Shown one piece after another: positions 31,687-39,711 of a stretch of DNA of 42,658 nt. The notes below the pieces were generated by a model. The model was not told where the DNA came from, did no database searches, and was given only the letters and a program-made list of their open reading frames with translations. The position numbers and the translations under genes were made by a program. Within the stretch, counting starts at the first letter, position 1. Every line of letters starts with the position of its first letter. This DNA is from Cellvibrionales bacterium UBA1963 (GTDB lineage Bacteria; Pseudomonadota; Gammaproteobacteria; Pseudomonadales; UBA7434): the NCBI GenBank assembly GCA_002336035.1, contig DDED01000214.1, forward strand, positions 1-42,658, written 5' to 3'.

Positions 31687-31790
31687 TGCCGCCCTGTGAG
31701 GATTGGCCTAGATAAGTACGTGTTTTTCACCTAGTCAGCCTCGTCAATGAATAAGATCAACCCTTAACCCAGACAAATAGTTGAGTTTAT

Positions 31791-32006
31791 ATGCCACAAG
31801 TCAGAGTAAAAGATAACGAGCCCTTCGATATAGCCTTGCGTCGTTTTAAGCGCTCATGCGAGAAGGCTGGCGTAATAGCGGAAGTCCGTCGCCGTGAATT
31901 TTACGAAAAACCAACCTCTGTCCGTAAGCGCAAAGCCGCTGCTGCCGTCAAACGGCATCAAAAGAAATCAGGTCGCGATATTCGTTCAAGAGTGCGTTTA
32001 TACTAA
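31791..32006 (+). CDS. rpsU: 30S ribosomal protein S21
   Basis: [28 protein letters not shown]; 71 aa. Confidence 0.98.
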   Translation: MPQVRVKDNEPFDIALRRFKRSCEKAGVIAEVRRREFYEKPTSVRKRKAAAAVKRHQKKSGRDIRSRVRLY

Positions 32007-32027
32007 GTTCACTCTCGCTTAGTCACG

Positions 32028-32053
32028 AAAACCCGGCCCTGTGTCGGGTTTTT
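32028..32053 (+). terminator. Intrinsic terminator after rpsU
   Basis: AAAACCCGGC-cctgt-GTCGGGTTTTT. Confidence 0.8.
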
Positions 32054-32070
32054 GCTTTAAAGGCTAAGCG

Positions 32071-32090
32071 TCTGCCACTATCTGCCACTA
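32071..32090. repeat. Perfect 10-bp tandem duplication TCTGCCACTA x2
   Basis: Read directly in the rpsU-yqeY spacer. Confidence 0.8.
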
Positions 32091-32164
32091 TTCGCGTTAT
32101 ACTATTAACCATCAAGATTCATCGATCACTCATGCCTAATCGGCAACACCAGCGAGGATAACCA

Positions 32165-32617
32165 GTGAGTAAGTGCGACCAAAAAATAGCTATCGAAGCG
32201 GCCATGAAAGATGCTATGCGAGCAAAAGATAAACCAAAATTGGGCACTATTCGCCTGATTTTAGCCGACATCAAACGCATTGAAGTCGATGAGCGCATCG
32301 ATATTGATGATCAACGTATTTTAACCGTTATGGATAAAATGCTCAAACAACGACGCGATTCAATTGAGCAATACCGTGCAGCCAATCGCGATGATTTAGC
32401 GTTGATTGAAGAGCAAGAAATGATTGTGATTCAAAGCTTTTTACCCACGCCACTCAGCGATGAAGAAATTACTGAACTCATCAATACTGCTATTTCTGAT
32501 ACCGGAGCTACGAGTATCAAAGATATGGGAAAAATAATGGCGCAATTAAAACCAACATTACAAGGCCGCGCAGATATCGGTGCAGTCAGCGGTAAAATCA
32601 AAGCGGCGCTGGGCTAA
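32165..32617 (+). CDS. GatB/YqeY domain protein
   Basis: MKDAMRAKDK, KQRRDSIEQY, DMGKIM, GRAD; usual position between rpsU and dnaG. Confidence 0.93.
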   Translation: MSKCDQKIAIEAAMKDAMRAKDKPKLGTIRLILADIKRIEVDERIDIDDQRILTVMDKMLKQRRDSIEQYRAANRDDLALIEEQEMIVIQSFLPTPLSDEEITELINTAISDTGATSIKDMGKIMAQLKPTLQGRADIGAVSGKIKAALG

Positions 32618-32636
32618 GTAGGATGATTGACTGATT

Positions 32637-34493
32637 ATGGCGGGCCGAATTCCACAACATTTTATCGACGACATTCTCGATCGTGTCGATATTGTTGAAG
32701 TCATTGATCGACGCGTCAGCCTCAAAAAAACGGGCCGCAACTATTCTGCTTGCTGTCCATTTCATAATGAAAAAACCCCTTCCTTTAGTGTCAATCCCGA
32801 TAAACAGTTTTTTTACTGCTTTGGCTGTGGCGCCGGTGGCAACAGCATCGGCTTTATTATGGATTACGAAAATCTCGATTTTCCCGCTGCGGTAGAGTCA
32901 CTCGCCAGTGTCGCCGGTTTAGAGGTTCCGCGAGAAGCCAGCAATTCCGTCGAGCAACGGCAACGAAAAAGTGAATCACAAGGCCTTTACGACACATTAG
33001 CTTGGGCAGCAAAACATTTTCAATTGCAATTGCGTCAACACAGCAACAAGGCGCAAGCCATTGATTACCTTAAAAATAGAGGATTAAGTGGCGAAGTAGC
33101 CCGAGATTTTGGCATTGGCTATGCCCCACCCGGCTGGGACCATTTACTCAACGCCCTTGCACTTGGTGAGCAACGACCTCGTCAGATAAAGCAACTAGAA
33201 ACTTGTGGCATGCTAGTCAAAAAAGACAACGGCGACTTTTATGACCGCTTTCGAGAGCGCATTATCTTTCCTATCCGAGATAATCGTGGCCGCGTTATCG
33301 CGTTTGGCGGCCGCGTTCTCAATGACGATAAACCGAAATATTTAAACTCTCCCGAGACCCCAGTGTTTTCGAAACAACGGGAACTTTATGGCTTGTTTGA
33401 GGCACGAAAAGCCAATCGTCAACTCGACTATATTCTGATGGTCGAGGGGTATATGGACGTGGTGTCATTGGTGCAGTTTGGTATTACCAATGCTGTGGCC
33501 ACTCTCGGCACAGCCAGCAGTATTGTTCATCTCGAAAAAATATTTCGCCATAGTTCAAAACTGGTCGTCTGCTTTGATGGCGATGCGGCCGGGAAAAAAG
33601 CCGCAACACGGTTACTAGAAACCGCTTTACCAGCAATGACGGATGGCCGCGAGATATGCTTTTTATTTTTACCTGACGGCGAAGACCCCGACACCTATGT
33701 TCGTCAACATGGCAAAATCGCTTTTGGTGCGCAAGTCGATAACGCGACACCATTGGAAGTTTTATTGATTGAAACGGCAAGCGAAGGCATTAAACTTAAC
33801 TCGGATGCAGGCAAGGCAAAATTAAGCCAACGTGCCCTGCCGCTAATCCAACAACTGCCTCACGGTGTGTTTAAGCAACTCATGCTAAGAAAGTTAGCGT
33901 CTATTACCGGTGCCGACATTCATTTACTGGCGTCACAAGAGGCAACAATATCGGCGAAGAAAAGTCAGTCGGCAGCTGAGGCTATCAGCAGTTCGCCTCG
34001 GCCTGCCGCTAAAGCAACGGATAAAGACGCACGCCCAGCAGACACCCAAGTCACTATTGGTCTTGAAAAAACACCGATGGTTTGGGCGATTGCTTTACTG
34101 CTGCATTATCCACAGCTAGCTGATCAACATTCACTGCCTAGCTGCATTGATCAATTCAATAGCGAGGAAGCGAAGCTACTGCGTTTACTCATGAGTCATA
34201 TTCAGACGCAACGTCAAACGGTCACCACGAGTCAGCTATTGGGATATTGGCACGGCACAGCAGAATCAGGGGCCCTAAATCACTGCGCGAGTCGGCATAA
34301 AACACCCGAAAATATCGCAGTAGCCGAGCAAGAGTTTGTTGATATTCTGTCCAGCATTGAGCGGCAATTTGCCCGTCACCAACGCAGCCAATTAGTCGCA
34401 GCATTAATGAAAAAACCCCTGTCAGCATTAAGTGATGACGAAAAAAATACCCTAAAATCGGTGAATTCATCGCGAGCTAAAAAAATCGATTAA
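32637..34493 (+). CDS. dnaG: DNA primase
   Basis: CPFHNEKTPSF...CFGC zinc ribbon, PKYLNSPET, EGYMDV, CFDGDAAG TOPRIM, GEDPD. Confidence 0.98.
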   Translation: MAGRIPQHFIDDILDRVDIVEVIDRRVSLKKTGRNYSACCPFHNEKTPSFSVNPDKQFFYCFGCGAGGNSIGFIMDYENLDFPAAVESLASVAGLEVPREASNSVEQRQRKSESQGLYDTLAWAAKHFQLQLRQHSNKAQAIDYLKNRGLSGEVARDFGIGYAPPGWDHLLNALALGEQRPRQIKQLETCGMLVKKDNGDFYDRFRERIIFPIRDNRGRVIAFGGRVLNDDKPKYLNSPETPVFSKQRELYGLFEARKANRQLDYILMVEGYMDVVSLVQFGITNAVATLGTASSIVHLEKIFRHSSKLVVCFDGDAAGKKAATRLLETALPAMTDGREICFLFLPDGEDPDTYVRQHGKIAFGAQVDNATPLEVLLIETASEGIKLNSDAGKAKLSQRALPLIQQLPHGVFKQLMLRKLASITGADIHLLASQEATISAKKSQSAAEAISSSPRPAAKATDKDARPADTQVTIGLEKTPMVWAIALLLHYPQLADQHSLPSCIDQFNSEEAKLLRLLMSHIQTQRQTVTTSQLLGYWHGTAESGALNHCASRHKTPENIAVAEQEFVDILSSIERQFARHQRSQLVAALMKKPLSALSDDEKNTLKSVNSSRAKKID

Positions 34494-34911
34494 ACGATTT
34501 TTTTAGCTTAAAACGTCAGCTAACAACTCAGAATGAGCCTTTAACCGTGAAAATATCCCTTTAGAGAAACTTTTATGCAGAATATAATGTCCACAGGGTA
34601 ATTTAGGTTATACCTATTGCCTTGTATACGTTATAATATCCGGCTAAATTTTGGACAGAATCGGTTTGACGTACTAGTCTGTTAAGTGGCAGTCTGTGGT
34701 GATAACCCGTGTTATCGATAGTTGATATTGCGGTAACTGGCCTAGTCTTTTAACTCGAGCGACGCCTGGTTAAAGTGAATAGACCACAACAGAGGTGCAA
34801 TTAAGTACGACGAATGAATGAGTAGTGCTATTCGTCTATCGTCCAATAACAATGAACGCAATGATCTTTCCAGCAAAACGCTCTATTTGATTTTTTTTCA
34901 GGAATAAACAC

Positions 34912-36732
34912 ATGTCTGTCGATCAACAATCTCGCATTAAAGAACTGATCACACGAGGAAAAGAACAGGGTTATCTTACCTATTCTGAGGTCAATGACCA
35001 TCTTCCTGAAGATATATCTGATCCTGATCAGGTCGAAGATATTATTCAAATGATCAATGACATGGGCATTAAAGTCTTCGAGACTGCGCCCGATGCCGAT
35101 GACTTATTACTCGCCGAAAATGATTCGACTGATGATATTGCTGCCGCTGAAGCGGCAGCAGCATTGGCTGCTGTCGAAACTGAGGCCGGCAGAACAACTG
35201 ATCCTGTCCGTATGTACATGCGCGAAATGGGCACTGTCGAATTATTAACGCGCGAGGGCGAAATTGCTATTGCCAAACGGATCGAAGAAGGTATTCGTGA
35301 GATGATGGCCGCACTAGCTTGCTATCCCAATGCAGTCAATACCATTTTACTCGAATATGCCTGCACTGAGACCGAGGAAAAAAAGCTCAGTGACGTGTTA
35401 ATTGGCTACCTTAATCCGGCTGATTCGGTTCCTACCGCGCAAGAAATTGCCGACGCACAGGCCGCTAAAACAGCTAAAGCGGCGAATGGTGAAGAAGAAG
35501 AAGAGGCGGTTGATACAGGCCCCGACCCCGAAGAAGCCAAGGAACGATTTGATGCCATAGCGGAACTGAGCGTCAAAGCGGATCGTTCGGTCGCACGCTA
35601 CGGTCGCGAAGCCGCTTCCTCTGTAAAGAATTTATTTGAACTGGGTGAAAAGTTTAAGTACTTAAAGCTCACGCCTCGTGTTTTAGATCCCGTTATTAAT
35701 ACACCTCGGGTAGCATTGCACCAAGTTCGCTCTCAAGAGCGTGAAATCATGCGACTTTGTGTGCAAAAGTCAAAAATGCCCCGTAAAGAATTTATTAAAG
35801 CCTTTGTTGGTCATGAAACGGATATCACTTGGATTGACGCGGCTATAGCGGCCGATACTCAGCCTTATGCCCCTAAGCTAGCTAAATTTCGTGAAGAGAT
35901 TGCACGGGCACATAGAAAAATATCGTCGATTGAAAAACAAGTAGAACTCAGTATGTCTGAAATAAAAGACATCAATCGGCGCATGTCGCTGGGTGAAGCA
36001 CGCGCTCGACGAGCGAAGAAAGAAATGGTCGAAGCCAACTTAAGGCTGGTAATTTCGATTGCGAAAAAATACACCAACCGAGGCCTGCAATTTCTCGACT
36101 TGATCCAAGAGGGAAACATCGGCTTAATGAAAGCGGTCGATAAATTTGAATACCGCCGCGGCTATAAGTTTTCAACTTATGCCACGTGGTGGATTCGTCA
36201 GGCCATTACGCGCTCGATTGCCGACCAAGCGCGGACAATTCGTATTCCCGTGCACATGATCGAGACGATCAATAAATTAAACCGCATCTCGCGACAAATG
36301 CTGCAAGAAATTGGCCGTGAGCCGACGCCTGAAGAATTAGGTGAGCGGATGGAAATGCCTGAAGACAAAGTGCGTAAAGTCTTAAAAATTGCCAAAGAAC
36401 CCATCTCAATGGAAACACCCATTGGCGATGACGAAGATTCGCATTTGGGTGACTTTATTGAAGACGGCACCGTTGATTCACCCATTGAATCAGCCACTGA
36501 CCAGAGTCTTCGCGATGCCACCACCGATGTACTCGGCAGCCTCACTGCACGCGAAGCCAAAGTGCTCAGAATGCGCTTTGGTATTGAAATGAACACCGAC
36601 CATACCCTCGAGGAAGTCGGTAAGCAGTTCGATGTCACGCGTGAACGGATTCGTCAAATTGAGGCCAAAGCGCTGCGTAAACTGCGTCATCCATCAAGAT
36701 CTGATCATTTAAGAAGCTTTTTAGACGAATAA
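34912..36732 (+). CDS. rpoD: RNA polymerase sigma factor 70
   Basis: [65 protein letters not shown]. Confidence 0.99.
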   Translation: MSVDQQSRIKELITRGKEQGYLTYSEVNDHLPEDISDPDQVEDIIQMINDMGIKVFETAPDADDLLLAENDSTDDIAAAEAAAALAAVETEAGRTTDPVRMYMREMGTVELLTREGEIAIAKRIEEGIREMMAALACYPNAVNTILLEYACTETEEKKLSDVLIGYLNPADSVPTAQEIADAQAAKTAKAANGEEEEEAVDTGPDPEEAKERFDAIAELSVKADRSVARYGREAASSVKNLFELGEKFKYLKLTPRVLDPVINTPRVALHQVRSQEREIMRLCVQKSKMPRKEFIKAFVGHETDITWIDAAIAADTQPYAPKLAKFREEIARAHRKISSIEKQVELSMSEIKDINRRMSLGEARARRAKKEMVEANLRLVISIAKKYTNRGLQFLDLIQEGNIGLMKAVDKFEYRRGYKFSTYATWWIRQAITRSIADQARTIRIPVHMIETINKLNRISRQMLQEIGREPTPEELGERMEMPEDKVRKVLKIAKEPISMETPIGDDEDSHLGDFIEDGTVDSPIESATDQSLRDATTDVLGSLTAREAKVLRMRFGIEMNTDHTLEEVGKQFDVTRERIRQIEAKALRKLRHPSRSDHLRSFLDE

Positions 36733-36752
36733 TCTTTTTTTGTTTCTATTTT

Positions 36753-36783
36753 AAAACGCGGCGTTTATAATCGCCGCGTTTTT
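36753..36783 (+). terminator. Terminator-like hairpin after rpoD with TATAAT in its loop
   Basis: AAAACGCGGCG-tttataat-CGCCGCGTTTT, a perfect 11-bp inverted repeat with U tract. Confidence 0.75.
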
Positions 36784-36842
36784 ATTGGCGACCTGCGCGC
36801 ACCCGGTCAAGGTTAGTGACAATAAAAGAAACCCATCAAAAC

Positions 36843-36919
36843 GGGCCCGTAGCTCAGCTGGTTAGAGCATCCGACTCATAATCGGCAGGTCGAAGGTTCA
36901 AGTCCTTCCGGGCCCACCA
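36843..36919 (+). tRNA. tRNA with CAU anticodon, most likely tRNA-Ile2 (lysidine-modified)
   Basis: GGGCCCG/CGGGCCC acceptor stem, A73, encoded CCA, anticodon loop CTCATAA, GGTTCAAGTCC T arm. C4-G69/C5-G68 pairs and position downstream of rpoD fit Ile2; it lacks the C1 mismatch and GGG/CCC anticodon stem of initiator tRNA. Confidence 0.93.
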
Positions 36920-37165
36920 CTTCGCTTCGCTCGAGGCAGACCACGGCGGACACGCTGTCGCCACTCTCTCCAAGTATTCATTGCAAACCACCCTGCTAGA
37001 TAAGCCACCATGACAGACCATTACGGCCAGTGTGATTGCGTCGATAAAGGCGATGATCGGCCTTGCCATCGTTTCACGGCTGAAGCTTGCTATGATGACG
37101 GTCATTAATCACAAATAAGCACGCGAAGCGTAAAAATCGCGCTAGAACAATGAGGCAAGCAAAGC

Positions 37166-38056
37166 ATGAAGATTGGCATGACATTACCCAGCATGGTGCC
37201 CGACACCGAATACCGTCGTGACACCACCCTCGACTGGTGCAGGCTCATCGACCAAGGACCCTTCGAAAGTATTTCTGTCGGCGAGCGAACCACTTATGCC
37301 AATCAGGAAATTACTGTGCTACTGTCGGCCGCCGCCGCAATCACCGAACGGGTCAAGCTTTACTCTACGATTTTTATTTTACCCACCCATGCCACTGCCG
37401 TACTCGCCAAACAAGCCGCCACCATCGATGTGCTATCGAATGGCCGCCTAACAGTGGGCATCGGTTCTGGCGGAAGAGAGCATGATTATATTGCCGCCGA
37501 AAAGCCCTTTAACAATCGCTTCAGCCGCATGGAACAACAAGTGCATGAATTGAAATCGCTGTGGGCCGGTGAGCCACCGTTTGCCGATGCCGATCGCGTA
37601 GGGCCGGCGCCAGTGCAAGCCGGCGGGCCGCCGTTGTTTGCCGGCGTTGGTGGGCCTAAATCACTGGCCCGAGCCGCGCAATGGGCCGACGGTCTGTTTG
37701 GCCAAAATGTTGGTGATGGCAATTACGCTAACTTTTCTCACTACGTAGATAACGCCCATGCCTTATGGAAAGAAGCGGGAAGAAAAACCAAACCCTACGT
37801 CACCACCAGTTTTTGGTATGCACTCGGCCCTAATGCAAAGACCCAGCTGGAGCACTATGCAAAAAGCTACATGGACATACTGGGCCAAGGCGCGGTTGAC
37901 TATATTCTTTCTCAGCAAAGTATCGACAGTGAAGCCGCATTAATTGATGCCTTAGCTACCTTTGAAGCAGCAGGCTGCGATGAAGTGATTCTAGTGCCGA
38001 CGTCCGCTGAAACAGCCGAACTTGATCGCACTATTGCCGCACTGGCAACGCGTTAA
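37166..38056 (+). CDS. LLM class (luciferase-like) flavin-dependent oxidoreductase
   Basis: MKIGMTLP, ERVKL, AKQAATIDVLSNGRLTVGIGSG, GPAPVQAGGPPL, RAAQWADG, AGCDEVIL. Confidence 0.9.
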   Translation: MKIGMTLPSMVPDTEYRRDTTLDWCRLIDQGPFESISVGERTTYANQEITVLLSAAAAITERVKLYSTIFILPTHATAVLAKQAATIDVLSNGRLTVGIGSGGREHDYIAAEKPFNNRFSRMEQQVHELKSLWAGEPPFADADRVGPAPVQAGGPPLFAGVGGPKSLARAAQWADGLFGQNVGDGNYANFSHYVDNAHALWKEAGRKTKPYVTTSFWYALGPNAKTQLEHYAKSYMDILGQGAVDYILSQQSIDSEAALIDALATFEAAGCDEVILVPTSAETAELDRTIAALATR

Positions 38057-38233
38057 GCCATACGTAAGAGCTTATGCACCTGCAAAAAATAAACGGTTTA
38101 TTCTGTGCGCGTAAGGCTTAAAGGTAAGCAGGTTTGGTGCAGTGAATATCATCACCCATAATGCATTGCTAATAGCTTGCTCTGCTTGTTCTTATGGTGC
38201 CGATGCCAGCATCAATCACTAACGATAAAAATA

Positions 38234-39481
38234 TCAGTTCAACTCAGGGTCAAAGGTGATCTTCATCTCTTTAATGCCATTCACAAAATAATCACGCACG
38301 TACTTCACCGGCTCTGCAAATTGAGGGTTGCGTAATCGGGGCAGAAGCTCTTCGAAGATTACCTGCATCTCTAAGCGCGCCAAATGGGCGCCAATGCAAA
38401 AGTGCGTGCCCACACCAAATGAACGATGCTCTCGCGCCAAGGTCGGCATACGTTGCGCTCGGGTAATATCAAAGCGCATGGGGTCATCAAATACCTTGTC
38501 ATCTTGATTGATCAAGTGCCAATGCAATAATAATTTATCGCCCTCTTTCATTTGCACACCAGCCACCTCGATGTCTTGCATCACGGTACGGCGCATACAA
38601 ACAAATGCAGGATTATAGCGAAGGATTTCTTCGCACGCATCGGGAATGAGCTCGGGACGATCGATCAACATTTGTAGTTGCTCGGGATGCTCCATCAGCA
38701 AGCGCATGCCATGAGCGGTGACTGAGCGAGTACTCTCATTACCCGCGCCAATGAGCATTAAAAAGAATATTTGAAACTCTTCTTCGGTGAGCTTCTCATC
38801 ACCGACTTCACCATCAAGCAATGCGCCAACGATATTATTGAGCGGTGTCTCGGCATGCTTTTTTGCTAATTCACTGGCATAGAAATACATATTCGCCGCC
38901 GCCGCTTGTGAGGTGGCAACCGGGTCTTCACCGCCAATGTCTTCGTCTTCTTGAAACATCATTTCGTTGGTCCAAGTGAAAAACTTTTTACGGTCCTCTT
39001 TCGGCACGCCACATAATTCAAGAATCGCCATTAATGGCAGCTCTGCAGCAACTTCGGTAATAAATTCACACTGACCCTTTGCCGCGACTGCATCAATGAT
39101 TTCTTTGGCGTATTTTCGAAACCCCTCTTCATAACCTTCAACGGCTTTCGGCTTAAAGGCATTACGGGCAATGCGTCGATATTTTCCGTGCTTGGGGGGG
39201 TCCATACTGACCAACATCTGAGATTGCATCGCGATGGTCTCTTCATCTTGCTCGGTAGGATGCATAAGCTTTTTCTCGCTAGAAAAGATAGCGGGGTTTT
39301 TAGCAATATAATCAGCATGTTCTCGTTCTAGTACGGCCCAATAAGGCACACCCTGCAAAGGATCATCAATTTTAATGATCGGTGCATCAGCTTGCTCACG
39401 CAACGCTTGCAGTTTCGGGAGGTGATTACCCGCCGCATATAAGTCTGGGTCGAGCAAATTAGTGTAGGGGCATTGAGACAT
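38234..39481 (-). CDS. Cytochrome P450 (resembles the CYP124/125/142-like group)
   Basis: MDPPKH, I-helix AGNESTR, K-helix EEILR, heme motif FGVGTHFCIG; GGAG SD. Subfamily is an impression only. Confidence 0.95.
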   Translation of the reverse strand: MSQCPYTNLLDPDLYAAGNHLPKLQALREQADAPIIKIDDPLQGVPYWAVLEREHADYIAKNPAIFSSEKKLMHPTEQDEETIAMQSQMLVSMDPPKHGKYRRIARNAFKPKAVEGYEEGFRKYAKEIIDAVAAKGQCEFITEVAAELPLMAILELCGVPKEDRKKFFTWTNEMMFQEDEDIGGEDPVATSQAAAANMYFYASELAKKHAETPLNNIVGALLDGEVGDEKLTEEEFQIFFLMLIGAGNESTRSVTAHGMRLLMEHPEQLQMLIDRPELIPDACEEILRYNPAFVCMRRTVMQDIEVAGVQMKEGDKLLLHWHLINQDDKVFDDPMRFDITRAQRMPTLAREHRSFGVGTHFCIGAHLARLEMQVIFEELLPRLRNPQFAEPVKYVRDYFVNGIKEMKITFDPELN

Positions 39482-39711
39482 CGAAATTTCTCCGGTTATT
39501 ATTGTAAATGCTTGTTTGTTATTCGCTAGCGATTATCCAGAAACTGGCTTAGCACATCGCATGACTGTCTTATTAATTATAAGGGGCTTTCGTCAGTATT
39601 ACGATGGTGTTTTACTTTTCTTTAATAACACCCCTGATGTTGACGCTAGTGAGCCATATACAAACAGCATAATCGTACTATGAACTGTATTCAAACGATT
39701 GACTGCCGTGC

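Noticed and set aside
32071-32090. Tandem repeat as a CRISPR or VNTR locus
   Set aside because: Only two 10-bp units without spacers; probably a slippage duplication.
36843-36919. tRNA-Met (initiator or elongator)
   Set aside because: The G1-C72 pair and lack of three G-C pairs in the anticodon stem exclude initiator; acceptor stem and position after rpoD favour Ile2 over elongator Met.
34828-37943. Short overlapping ORFs in and around rpoD, the tRNA and the LLM gene
   Set aside because: Antisense or alternate-frame shadows of conserved genes, with no recognisable motifs.
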